A stretch of DNA of 64,000 bases from Phoronis australis. Its lineage: Eukaryota; Animalia; Phoronida. The translations under genes and the position numbers were made by a program. Where the stretch lies: NCBI GenBank assembly GCA_002633005.1, contig NMRA01000044.1:400594-464593 (forward strand). Direction: 5' to 3'. This document shows positions 40,001 to 53,500 of this stretch, one piece after another; positions within the stretch are counted from its first letter, which is position 1; every line of letters begins with the position of its first letter. Below the pieces are notes generated by a model. The model saw only the letters and a list, made by a program, of their open reading frames with translations, was not told where the DNA came from and did not search any database.

Positions 40001-43000
40001 AAACACCACAGGACCCTCAACCCTACAATTTTGGCAGTGAATATCGGCCCTAGTCCCCGCTGAAAAAATCGGGCGAAATTCTCCTTATGATGCCTAAAAG
40101 TTATCCCCCTCAAGTAATTGAAAGGTAACACTTTGAAAGAGCACAAATGTTAGTTTTGGCTACTTGAGGCAGAGCCTATGAGGGCTTGCAACAGGGTGGG
40201 ACGTGTTATTGATGGTGATCGGGAGGTAGAATTTTCCCTCACTCCGAAATATTACCCTCTCAGAAGACACAAGCACCTTTCCCCTGGGATGAGCAGGGCC
40301 CTGCACCAGATAGTAATGTTTTGTTCTTCAGTACACCTACTATAAGAAAATCTTTGAAATTTGCATTCACAGCTAGTGGGAAACTAAAAACGGGGAGTTC
40401 TAACAATGATGGTAAAAATTCTCTTGTTAGGGATGATGAAAAATTAATTTTTTGCTCAAGTTTTAGAAATAGGGAATAGTGGTTTTTCCAAAGTCAAGGT
40501 GATTGTTTTTGATGATTTTCCCTATATTTTCAGACTTTAATGATACAAAACGTTTCCCTTGTTTGAGAAATATGACGAAAGCCTAAACTGCCCAAGTACT
40601 AGTCTTCAGAATGAATGTCCAGCTTGGGCTTGAATTTTAATGTCCCAAATCTTTGAGACTGTTACACACTGAAGATTTTTTACTGTAGTTTGGCGTGAAT
40701 CAGCTGAGATTTTATCGTGGCTAATCTCGTATTTTCCTTAATTAGCTTGTGAGAAGGAAGGGAGATGGGAAATGTAGCGTTTAACGAAGTAGTAGACATT
40801 AGATTTGTGACCACCCACTTGCTTTCACTGTTTGCCATTGTCAGGGCTCATGTCAGTTTGCACAATATAATTCGTCTGGCGAACTGTATTTTTTATTTCC
40901 TTCAGTACACACCAATCAGATTCATTTACCAATCAGATTCATTGACCACTCTGTGTGCTGCCTACCAATCACATCAGGGAAAAGTTACTAACAACACCGG
41001 TGTAGGATGACATTTTCAATCTCTATTTTCCCTCTCGTTTTTCTGGTTCGGTCCATGGTTGTTTCGTATCGTAGCATCAGTCATGTATGTTGCCTACAAC
41101 AATTATTCTATGAATTACACCATTAAGTCCAGAGTCCAAAGTTCTCGTGGCTATGCTCGAGTGATTTTTTTCTTGCTCTGCTGTAGACGTGTCATGTCTA
41201 TTGAAGCGTAGGAGGGCAATACATTTCAGATGCGGGTCATAGGTGAACTGGCATTTATCATGTAATAGGATTTATTGCCAACTTAAAAGCTAATTTTAAT
41301 TCCTAAGTTATGTACATTCCTTGTTGTCTTTTCACAAAAAATGCCGTTTTTAAGATGTCCAGTTGCACCAGTAGTTTATTAGAAATTGGGATTATTTTTT
41401 GGGGCAACTAACTGATCTTGCCAAGCAAACCCTCAATTGTAGCTAAAGTTGTTTCAGCACTGACAAGTCTGCCTTATCCCCTAATCAATCTTCTTGATGG
41501 CTGCTGTTGATGTAACATATAGTGAGTTTTGTGGTGGGACCTTATTGTTGCCATTGTGATATACATAAGATTATCATTACATGTTCCAGGGATTCTTATA
41601 CCTACCAGACTGACTCAAGTACCATCAATAACTGGTCAGTTCAATCAATGGCTTAAGTAGTAACTTTCTAGTATGGCCTCCTCATGCTCAACCATGGAAA
41701 GTTGTGACTACTTAAATTGCCACGATTTTGAATCAACGTTTTATTTTAAGAACTTTGCTCAAGAGGATGGTTCATGAAACTTAAACTACAAAAGATAAGT
41801 AAATGATACTCCACACATCAATCCTCTTTGCCGTGTTCATTTTTCTGGTGAACTACTACATTCCCAAGTCATGAACAGATATTTCTTGATGGTCTTTCGA
41901 CTCCCAGACTTGCTCGTTTTCCCCTGTGCAGTCCCCAGGGACTTGCAGAGAAATGTGAGTTGTATTATTACGTCAACACTTTCATTCTATTTTCCCGTAG
42001 TATTTACCCTGTTTCAATTGTCCTGTGGGATGCATGGCTTGAAAGATTCGATGTCGCGTAGCTAATGTTATGTCTTGTTACTGTGATTCAAAGCTTCAAA
42101 GCATGGTACAAACGAGTGCAAGTGCAATTGTAAAAAATATGTAGTCTGTGAGGATGCATTTGTTAGATTATCTATGTGTGTTCCTATTGTTACTTGTTCA
42201 ATGTAGACATTTTTATGTAGGTGTCTGAACAGAAACTGAGGGCATATTATGCGTGTAGTTTTAACAAGAGGTCACATTGTCATTTTTTAACATTTATCTT
42301 GTTGCCTTGTTGTTTAATTGTAATTGTGCAAGTATCCATGTGGCACTCAATCACAGGTGGCTGAGGTAGTGACGTAAGCCACTCGTCAGTGGTAGAGATG
42401 TCCTCCTGTCTTGCCACGATTCATAAATTCAGCTGTCAAGGCTTGGGAAAGTAAGCCAGGTTAATAAAATAGGTAGTGTTGGCCTTTGCTGGAGTCAACA
42501 GGTGCAGGTTGTGTTGTGTCTCTACTCAGAATGACATGCTGTGGCTTGTACTCAGGTAGTGTTTGGGTTCACAGTTGTCTCTCTGTGACAGGCGATGTCT
42601 CTTGTAGTCTTGTTATTTGTTGAGTATTAAATAACGGCTTTTATACAGCCATTAGGGTTGGTTTGTTAATGATGTTTCACACACCTGTTATTAGGTAGAG
42701 CTATGTAATGATTACTCTTTAGTGCTGTCTACAAACAGACTTAGTCTAAAACAAGTTGTTTCTTGAACGAGTTGTCGCTAGGTTTACGTACTGGCTGGAT
42801 GCTACTTAAACTAGTGTAACTTGCCCCGCTAGTGCAACTTAACTTACTTTTAAGTGGAGCCTTCTTACACACGCGTCCGATAACTAGGGTAAGGTGGAAG
42901 TTGTCGCTTTGTATGTGGCACTGAATGCCTGATGCGAGTACGACGTACGAAAGAAAACCCGTCTGTATGCATCCACAGTTGATAATAGCAACCCCCACTT

Positions 43001-45126
43001 TTGTGGCCACACAGCGATTACAAGTGGCACAAGTTACCCTAGAACAAGTTACCCCACCTGGATAATGTGGGGTAGGTTGCCACAAGGTGGGGTAAGTTGC
43101 TCTAATAGTTAAGGTACCCTGTACCATAGTTTAAATAGCATCCAGACAACGTTTCCCTACAAGAGTAACTTGTTCTAGGGTAGGCTTTGTGTGGAGGGGA
43201 CTTATGTAGAGTTGAAATTGGAAAATGTCTATGGCAATGGTGGAGGGCAGTTGCTGTAAAATTGTTTGTTTTAGGAAGAATGGGGCATTGTTAAATGTGC
43301 AAACTGTTTTTGGCTTTGTTAAGAAAGTAGTTTGGAATTTGTTGAAGGATGGCTCAAATTCTTTTCTGCTGTCACTCATCCAATCAGTCTGCTGGATAAA
43401 TTCCCTATACCAAGGTTCAATGTCTAGCCTGCAGTGCTGGTATTTACATAACCCCAAACCTTATGCAAGCTTCTAAACTCACTTGACAATACTAAACTCT
43501 GGGTTAATGCTCCAGGTGCTAAAGTTGGGAAACCCTGAGACAGGGTGGGGTGCTTCTTGAAAGAGAAAACAGTCCTTTTGCGAGTTTATAACAATAACGC
43601 CAGATTATGTGAGACTTAACTGTGACGTCTCTGGAAGTGGGGCAAAAGCGTGTCGTTTGGCCATTTGCCCAATACGGTAGCAGAGTGTATTTTGTTGTTT
43701 ACTTCGAGTTTTTAACTGTTTTGTCCGAAAAATGCCAAACAGGCATTGCTGTTATGGCAAATGAAATTCAGATTCGCACTACAATACGTTCTATCGCGTT
43801 CTGTACTAATTTCATCCTGGGCGGTAGGCAAAATCCGCTCACTGATTATGTTTTCACCTCGTCAAAAATACATTCTACTCCTAAAATTATCACCTAGAAA
43901 GGCACTTACTTTCTTCAGTGATCTCTTCTGCTTCTAAACATATCTTCGATGAAGCATAGCTACGGGAATTCAAGTGACTTTGGCGAAGAATTCCAACTCC
44001 ACTTTGTGGTTACTGTTAACTTTGACCACGAGTGCGATATCCACTAAATATTTCAACTGAGTCAGGTGCGTATGAGGAAAAGGCTAGCGAGACTGAGCGA
44101 AGCGCGTGACCTGGCGCGTGACACTTGAAAAATAGCATGAGAAAATATCAAGTCCCTTGGACTTTTTGTTCATCGACAGGCGTGATTTCAAATAACTTCC
44201 TCAAAATGGCGCCCAGTGAGAGAAACTTGAGCGAACCGCGAGGTTTTCATGGCTATGTTCAAGTTATTTGTAGAATAAATTGTATCCAGAGTCAGGGTAT
44301 GTATTAATTATAACTCCATGTGCACATGTTCATGTTTCATTTGATTTTATTTGCTGTATTTTGAAGTGAGTAACTTTTCATGGGGATATACTATCGCCCC
44401 TGTATGCCTGCGGCATTCAGGCCTTGACCGGGTTGAGTTCCAATTTCAGTCCGTTCACAGCTTCGCACAACATAACAAGTTCCCATTTTCTTCACCCATT
44501 CACAGTTATTCCACGGTTCATCTACCATCTCTTAAGTTGTGTTAACGTTTTAAGCGTAAAATTCACCATAAGAACTCCAGTAAGATTAAGGTGTGTAGCA
44601 AAGACTCGTGGCAAAACAAGAGCAATATGGCGGGTTTTGCCCTCCTTCCGGTGACGTCACATTGACTAACTAGAAACTCGCAAGTGAGCTATTGGCAATA
44701 TAGTCAGGGTAGGCAATTACCTGAGCAGTGGCCACTTACTTTGAATTTTTGGCCTAACTTGTCAAGCTCAGGATGTTCCTTCGATCGTGCAATTTGTGGG
44801 CTTCTTAATCAGTGGAACCCGGCAACCTCAAGTTTCTCATGGCTCAAACAGAAACAGGATTTCGACTTTGAATGGGTGATTTTGTGACACCGTCGAAAAA
44901 ACATAGATGTTTTCAAATATATTAGCGTGCTGCAAAATGTCATACTGTGGAACTTTATGGAACTCCAATGGTAGTCCACTTATTGTATCAGCATGTACCA
45001 TTTCGGATCAGTGAACGCAACTGCATTTCATATTGGACGTTCCTGGCCTGACTCAAACTTAGCAATTGCAATGACAGAGGGGTGTAATTAATTGCTCAAT
45101 TCAAATGTGGGTCGACATGGGAGATA

Positions 45127-47088
45127 CCGTATTCGCCGTAATAACCACCCATGCCCTTATAAGCGCCCCCCACGCGTTTTCAGACTTTGCTAAAATAAGC
45201 GCCATGAATGTGTACGTGCGAAAAATGCCTTACAGTCCTAAAATTCTACAGTAATGTCTTCTATTTATCAATAATATCCAACAGTCTTGAAAAAAAATCG
45301 TGCGCAGAATTTGTAGACCAAGAGCCTCACCGCTATTTCGGTATTTAGCCATGACTATACACTTCAAACTTCCGCCATGCATCAAGATTAACACAAAAGT
45401 TCTGCTGATCTTGCGAGGACTAATGGTTGGGCCTTTCAGAGCAGAAGTAGTGTACTTGTCTACGGGATTGCTTTGTAGATATTTTCCGCTTTCAACGTGA
45501 AAACCGCGAATCGAAGACTAAGAAAAAGCTTGGCAGTTTTAAAAGCACGTGGCCAGAAAGCGAGCGCCACATGCATGAACCTGACATCAAAGACATTAGT
45601 CGGGAACTATCCATTCATGAAACGGGTAGCATAGCATCGGCAAGAAATGAATATTGGCACTAATTTCTGACAGTTTCTAATACTATGAAAAATGTTTGGG
45701 TTATTTTTAAGATGAATTGTTTGATTAACCGTAATTGGTGTTTTTAAGCCAAATATCCTATAAAATGACCACTGACAGTGAATGCTTACACACCCTTACA
45801 CCGAATAATAACTGTCAGATAGTCACGTACGCATCCAGCCACACGGCGACTAATATGGGCCTTACCGAGACAAATGTCGAACGTTTTTAGCACAAGACCA
45901 GCAAGTGCTGAATGAAACACGCTTCGGTTTAGGCCTACTGCTTGTGCAAATTTCTTTAGATACAATGCACATCTAGCTCGTTAGATTGCGTGGCTCTGGC
46001 CAAAAGACCGTCTCTGCTTTGGCAAATGAACTCTGGTGACACGCACGCACTCGCTTACTCCACAAATGCAAACGAACTTCAAAACAAATGTCACTTCACA
46101 ACAACATGTGTGTTCGTCCAGAGATTTTTCTCATGATGCTGTTCATACATGTAGATGGCACAACGTAGCACAGATTTGTACTTAAACCTGCCGTCATCCC
46201 AACTCCACGGGAATTTAAAAATCTTAGGGACACTACTTGGAAAACTTAAGGAGGATTTCAGGTAATTTGCTTGAGTCGAAACTGTATTTTTTTCAAGCAT
46301 TCAAGTCGCCATATCAACGATTGCGAGGCAATCATTCGGCGAGTTTTCGCCCTGGGATTTCAGCACAATTTTCTGTAAAATGATCGTAATTTAGCAGCAA
46401 AGTTTGATAGCAATGCACCACGGTTTGTAGAATGTCTTTCATAGATTACAGATAGGCCTGCATCACAGAGCGTAAATATGATGAATCTTAGCTTCCAATT
46501 CCACCCGTTTCGGAGACCCGGTTTCAACGGCCTGGGTTATAATAAGCGCCCCCCACAAACTTTTCTAAGCGCCCTGTGCGGTTATTACCAGGGCTTGGAA
46601 TTTTCCGCGGAAACACGGATTTTCGCTTTTTTCAAATGTGCTTTTCGCTTTTTTAAAAAATCGGATTTGATATAAAATTTCTGCGGCAAATTCCTTTCTT
46701 ACCGCAGCGTTGCAGACGACGTTCACCTCGAAAAGCGGAAGTTGCTCTTTATGTTTCGGAGGAACGTAAATTGTCAACATTGCCGGGGCATCTGGGACAG
46801 CGTGGTGGGATTTTCAATGGCGTCTCGTGTTATTGTTAAGCGCGGCGACAAATACTACCGCTCTGCAGCTAAAAATGTGTGGTTTGGGAGTGGACGGGCG
46901 AGCTAAAAGACGCAGACGCATGCTACTGCTGGTGGTAACGTTTTTTTTCTTTTAATCCTCCCGATTTTTGTCAGCGAAAGGTTCACATTGACCATTTCAA
47001 GGCTCGTTATCGGGCATGATTTGGGCCGTAAAAGTTTCCGCGTTTTTTGTCATTGGTCATTCCAAGCCCTGTATTACGGCGAATACGG
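45127..47088. mobile_element. Complete Tc2/pogo-like non-autonomous DNA transposon with TA target-site duplication
   Basis: TA|CCGTATTCGCCGTAATA...TATTACGGCGAATACGG|TA; subterminal ataagcgccc repeats; no transposase ORF. Confidence 0.85.
46589..47071. mobile_element. hAT-like MITE nested in the right TIR of the Tc2-like element
   Basis: 13-bp perfect TIRs CAGGGCTTGGAAT...ATTCCAAGCCCTG flanked by duplicated tattac. Confidence 0.82.
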
Positions 47089-47904
47089 TAAATCTAGCAA
47101 AATCTCGTGCAAATCTTGTGCAACTTATACACATGAATAACTTCACTGTCCGATTTACCACGGGTTTACTGACGTCACCAAAAATATAAAGGGAGGATGG
47201 AAAAAAAGAAATTACTGGTCCATGTGAGTCACCAAATTACCATGGTAAGAAGGTATTCCTGAGTGCGCGGTGTTTTTTTTGCTTGGATGGATTTTTGACT
47301 GTCTTTTTTTTTCACCAACTGCTGGAATAGTGTGGTGACGGTAATAAAAAACTGTGGGAATTGTTTTTTCCAAAATCAGGGCGACGCATTGGTAACTTAA
47401 TCGTCAGGTTTAAAAAAAAAAACTCGCCTTGGGGTGCGTGTTTGGAGCACACATGAGCCAAGAGCATTGTGGTTCCAGGAAAGAGAGGGCATCCATTCGG
47501 TTGGCTATGAATATCAATTCATGCACCTGAATGACCCCTGTGTGTTCTGTCTGCTCGTTGCCAAAAATTGTCACAAGGAGGCATCCACTATTAACCTCTG
47601 AACTATGACTAATCTCGTAGTAGAAAAGCACCAATTCTATAAAAATCTACAATAAAATAAGACCATTTGATAAGTTTAAGAAAAGGTAGTTGCCAGCTGA
47701 AAAACGCAACTTCTCGAGACTATCATACGCCTTGCTTCCCGCTTACACGGGAGTCCGAGCCAGAGGCAAAGTTGCGAACAAAAGCATGTGGTCAAGGTCA
47801 AGTTCTGTTAGCGGTAAGTTGGGCATGAAGAATTACCCAAGAGGTGGAAATTTGCACAAAATGTGGATAGGTGATTATTCAAACAGTGGCCACTTGCATC
47901 GAAA

Positions 47905-47959
47905 TTTGGCAAAAGTCGGGGGTGGGCCCGGGCATGGGCGTTAACCCATGAGTTTACGG
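47905..47959. mobile_element. Terminal fragment of a related Tc2/pogo-like element
   Basis: gggggtgggc...catgggcgttaacccatgagtttacgg|TA resembles the ends at 18196 and 63910. Confidence 0.6.
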
Positions 47960-49140
47960 TAGATTCCATGACACCTGAAAATATCCACTGATGTGCTTAG
48001 ATTTATTGTGTCTCGAATACAATGATTTGCCTAGAACAGGACCCGCCCATATCTTGTATCTATAACAAGTAGGATATTCTTTCAGATATGAACCTGTGGC
48101 TTTTCAGAAATCATTGAGAAGTAGCCGTTTAGAACAGGAAGTGTGGTAGACATTAGTAAAATGAAAATATGTTGGTAGGTGAGTTTTTACACTTCAAATT
48201 TCATAAATGAGATGCTTGAAGTGAAAAAACAGCAAACTTGGCAAATGTGTGCCGTTTCTTTTCTCAAATGGAAAATTGGGAGTGTCTCACATGATTTGTG
48301 AAGACCAATTTCACCTTCTCAGGTATCTTGTGCACGACTCACCTCCTGAGGCACACAAACTCGACCACACCCCGGCCTATCTTTGACGAATGATTCTGAC
48401 TTCTATTTGATTACTTCTTGTATTATTTTGACTGCATGCGTGAATGTGGCGTGGCGACATTGTGGCGTCCTCAGGTATTTTTACCTGGTTGCCAAACAAA
48501 ATCTGAGGTCTCATTCCCCACTTGAAGGGTTCCAAATCGAGCTGTGTATTGAAACACTTTATGTGTCACATTTCTTTCATGTTGAACTCAAGATTCCAAA
48601 TATCGTTGTTGGATTTGGCGCTTCAATAAAGTAGGTCACAGCATTTTGGAAAAAGTGTAAATGCCCAGTCTGAGCATAGCATATGTCCTAGCCATTGCTG
48701 TCTGTTTAGTCATATGTCTGGGGAATGCGCAGGAAATAGTCCTTTCTCTGCTCCCACTTGTACGTTTCCTTTGACCTGTTTGGTCTCAATTGCCCAAGTG
48801 CTACATCAACATTAGGGAAGAATTTTTCTCTCTATTTTGGCTGCAACTACAGCAGCAGAAATTTAGCATTTAGCTGTAGTGGTGTTGCGGTCCTTTGACA
48901 CTGCAAGTCTTAGTGTCACGTATTGATCAAACTTGAAACACTATCCTTCTGGTGCTCATAACTCCTGGATGCCCTGTGAATCTCCTATGTCATGCTAGTT
49001 TTGTTTCTGTGTAATATGCAAAATGAAGGACTGAAAATTTGACATTTGTTGGCGTAGCCAACGTGGTCTTTCTGATGTTAAATGAATTTGAATAGAAATT
49101 AGACACAATTTATTCTCATATGGAAACATAGTAATCACAG

Positions 49141-49530
49141 GCTGCTTTCCCATTAGGGGAACTTCGGTTACTGATATCGAAGTTATTGCTATGACAACAG
49201 ACGACACTGTTCATTCCTACCCTCAAACAAATGTTGATGTCATTCTTCACTAGATATGCTTTCTTTTATTTTTTTATATCCGTCTGCTTAGAGCACGTCG
49301 GCTTCGCTTAAATAACAGAGAACATGTTTTGAGAGTATCGCGTGATCATGTGTTGTTGCCACGACCTCTACCGATAACTTTGACGAAGTATCATTTTTAG
49401 TGTTCCCACTACACCGAAACTTCGGTGAGTACCGAAACTTCGCTTTTAAATCGTACTATTTTAAGTGAAGTTTTGTTCGCAGATTATCTACCGTAGTTGA
49501 CCTTTCGCACTTACCGAAACTTCGGTAAAA
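49141..49530 (+). mobile_element. Harbinger-like MITE family, copy 3
   Basis: Starts gctgctttcccattaggggaacttc and shares acctctaccgataa and ttcccactacacc with 12208-12615. Confidence 0.65.
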
Positions 49531-50506
49531 ATGAAGATCCACTTCTGATGGTTAAGCCACTACAGAGAACCAGTAAAAAACACAACTTATGAGTGCTTTG
49601 ATGTCGTGAATATTCTTATTTAGGGTATATTTGAAAGTATATGTGACTGCACACCACCAAAATAAAATGCTTCTCCATTGCATTCTCTTTTAAGTCTGGC
49701 CACACCCCCGATGTGGCAGAATGTTCAGTGAGGGGTTCTTGTGAATCTTTCTATTCCCGAGGTTTCAATAACTGACTCAGCCTGTGTTACATGGTTGTGT
49801 CGCTGTGTGAGAAGGCCTATATTATAGTACATGCCAGTTGCCAGTTACACAAATATGTCCTCAATATTATGAACAAATTAACCGTTGGTATTTCATTTCA
49901 TCCGGTTCCCTGCTCACATCTGCATTAACCTCTCTTGACCCTGGATGCAGAGAACTTTCCCCTGACTGCTCCCACTGCAGGCTAACAACAACGATCTGGT
50001 CACAATTAAACCTATGAGTGGCTGGCCACAGTCCCTGTGGGCATATCATTCGATTTCCTGCACACTCTCTTCAATTCATAGCCCTTTCCCAATGCTGGTT
50101 ACGGGGCATCAGGCTGGAACTACCTGTTGGCGATGTTGCCTCCAGCAGGTGCTGGCTGTTTGGTAAAATTGCTGCTGGCATTTTTATTTCCACTGGTGCA
50201 TTGCCCATGCTCACTCCAGGGCACAACTGGTTTAGTCCTAGGCTCCTGAAAGAGTGTTTAGTAATGCAGCCAGTTTCACAGGCCTGGTGCTTGCCTGAGC
50301 TGTTCAACATGTGTTAAGTTGAATGAATATTGGCCTGATCTGATTTAGCCTGTCTAGACATCGGTGTTCTTGTATCACTTGGGCCAGTTGGTCCAGTTGC
50401 TTCTGGACTACAGCCCGATAAGGTTCTCTGGTCGAGGTGGTGGACGTTGGTTGTTGTGGGTTCTGGTCTGGCTGAGTCAGACTGTTGCTGTGGTCACACC
50501 TTGGAA

Positions 50507-50588
50507 ATGCTGGACATACTCTATGCAGATTGTGTGAATGGAAACTGGGTGGAATCATGCATGTTTTGGACACCGACCAACGAGGAAG
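50507..50588 (+). CDS. Candidate alternative first coding exon of FNDC3
   Basis: gaaATG start; MLDILYADCVNGNWVESCMFWTPTNEE+G; strong phase-1 donor AAG|gtgaga, in frame with the exon at 54253. Confidence 0.55.
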
Positions 50589-53500
50589 GTGAGACAACCA
50601 TCTGGCAACTGGATCCCATTCAGGAGACTAGAGTTTATGGGGAAAGAGGCACTGCAGTGGTAAAAAATAAAAGAAAATGTGAGGCATTAAGTACCAACCG
50701 TAGTTTTTCTAATTAATTTAAGTAGAAAATTTGGTTGTATGAGCCCATACACCTGCTACTGCATAAAACTGCGTATCAATTTTTGAGTTTAGTGCACTGG
50801 AATGAGCAGTGCCTCTGGATTTTGATTTCAGAAACTTCTTATATTTTATGTGATCTTTTGTTTGAGAAACTGACTGCATTGTGTGGCTAAGTTGTTGGTT
50901 TCCTACACACATTAATGGGGTTGTCTCTGTAGAGAGTTGGTTTATTGACCAGACCTTAAGTGTGCTCGTTAATTTTTCAGAGATTCTACCATCAGCACAT
51001 ACACACATATATCCACCTCTTATGAAGTTCTTAGTAATTCCAATTTTATNCTATGCGCAAAAGGTATTTGTAACAACGTGACTTTGATGGTTTAGTCGGT
51101 GCGAGGCATAATTCGCCGAAAAGCTTCCGGCGTACAGAGCGCCTATAGCCTCTACATCGCCTCTGCTTCGGGCCAACAGAGGCGATGGTCATTGCCTAAC
51201 ACACATATATCCACCTCTTATGAAGTTCTTAGTAATTCCAATTTTATCATTGGCTTATGAACCACTATGTTTTTGTGGGAATGGCCTTATTGTCACTTTC
51301 CTAGCTTTAGCAGTCTTGGTCAGTGCAAATGGCTTTATTTGTCTTGATGGAAATTAATTGGGCAAGCAGCTGTTTGGCATACCTATGTGATAGGTATTCC
51401 AGGCAGCCATAACATCACATACCTGTGTGTGTCTGCTTGCTTGTGTTGGCCGTACAGTGAGTGGGGGCGTTTTGATACCAACTTATCTGTTGATGATTTT
51501 GGTTGATAGATCTGGTTCACTCCAAGCTTGAATATTGACTTCCGTGACGATGTTGCCATTAGAACTAGAGAGAAATTTATTTTATGCCAATGCCTGATTT
51601 ACTTAAACTCTTATCAAAGTTGATAGTTCTTGGTAATTGCGGGTGATGATAAGGTTTATCTGATTGGTGTACTTGTTTCTTTATCTTCAGTCCTGCTGGT
51701 CTTGCCCAATTCATTTTTTATTAATTTCCGAGTTGTTTTTTATAGTCGGTGTCTAATCACTGGGAAGTCATGCATGCATTTGGGAAATTTCAGGGATTGT
51801 GTCTCGCAACAGGTCAACACCTCCAGCATAGCCTCAGAATTCCATAGGTCTTGTTTCCCTCAGTGGTGGTATTTATGTCCTAATCAGAATTTTATTGGCC
51901 TCTTCAGTTGTACTTAAGGCATAGCCTTGTGTTTGCTCTCACAGTCTCTGTGAGTCAGATTCTATAAAAAGCCTGACAGTGTTTTATATTGGCCATTGTC
52001 ATGTAACAGGATAGAAACTATGTTTTTTCCTGGATAATCTGAGCTTGTAGACTTGCTGTTTTTGTTAACCTTGGGTGAATGGTCATTACTAACCAGCATG
52101 TCATGCGTGTATGTTACACCTGCTAAACCAGCCTGGTTGTCGTGTGTCCCTGTGCTGGATGTCTTACCTGTGAACAAGGTGTCCCTCCCACATATCAGTG
52201 GTAAGCCTGAACTAGATTTGTTGTGTTGTTTTTGTGAGGTTCTGTTGTTTTCTGATGTTTTACAGACTCCAGTACCTATCTGTTTTCTGCCTGAACTGAA
52301 CTGAGTTACATAAGCAACCAAACAATGGCACATAGTTCAGTTCTTGTTCATTGATCCAGAGGTATGTCTGAGCCTGGATTGCACGCCCCTGGCTGTTGTG
52401 GTTTTGCTGAGGTTTTGTGGCTTTGAAATGCAGTTTAGTGTCCTAAAAAGGGCTTAATTGCCAGTTTCTTCAGCAATTCCAGCAATGGAATAGACTGTGA
52501 TTCTGGTAAAAAGTAGGCCGAAATTGTGATGCGTCCCTGACCAAAGTATAATGTTCGACTTGTTCTCGGTAGACTGGTATACCTGACAACTGTTTAAAAC
52601 TGCTTGCGAAAGTATGAAATTCTTAGAAAAAGATCAGAAAGGAAATTTAGAATCAGTTTGTTAAGCAACCAATGGTAATTCTCTTTATAATTTTGCAGCA
52701 AAATAATTGTCAAACGTTTTCCATTTTTCCAAGCCCATGCTTCAAATAATGGAAACTTGGCCAGATGTTGTTATATGACATAAAACATTTGTACAATGTG
52801 AACTAAAATTAAAAATAGATTAAAAATTTGTTGCAGTAAATCTTCGGTTATATCACACAAAGATAATCACCAAAGTTGTCATTTTTACTGTTTTTCTAGG
52901 TGTGATTATGTTGGCACTAGTAATGTCAACTTTACCGTACGTTGTTTTATGATATCTCCACACTACAAACAAAGCTAATATTAACCTAATTTTTATTTTT
53001 GTCGGAGAAATTTGAAGAAATAAATGTTTGCATGTCCGCCAAAGTGTGTGGTAGGTGAATAATCACTGTGATTATCATATTTGATGAACTAATATTTCAC
53101 CTTTCTTCCATATTGTGTGCTTAATTAGTGTGGAAATTGAAAAGTTAGTCGTATTTTTAGTAGTTCTGAGGTCAATGATCCTCAATATGGAATTCTCTCA
53201 ACGCAGTAGACTGGTATTTAGTAGGCACCTGATGAAAGTTGTTTGCGAATGTACGATTTGTGGTAAAGGGTTCGGAAACAACATTAGGCGTTTGTTTCCT
53301 GTGATGTCAACGTGGAAAAATTCAGACCACTTGTGCGCCCAGTTGTTCATTTGTTGACATCATAGAGTTTTTAAGAAGTATGATAAGTTGAGGATAAGAC
53401 CAAGCTAGCTATGCTGGATAACAATATTTGTGTTGGTTGTGAACTGGGCATTTACCATGACGGTTTACCTACCTGATTTAATTCTCCACTNGGTGTGACC

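Noticed and set aside
42531-42561. MTCCGLYS+G with a phase-1 donor
   Set aside because: The donor gtagtg is weak and easily explained by chance, so it was left out of the candidate exon set.
42985-43105. Inverted cluster of aagttacccc/ggggtaagttg motifs
   Set aside because: Most likely decayed subterminal repeats of a DNA transposon; termini could not be defined.
30037-43897. Several ORFs of ~90-130 aa (30037, 38218, 39124, 42741, 43131, 43622)
   Set aside because: No recognisable domain; composition typical of random AT-rich intron; no transposase or reverse transcriptase motifs.
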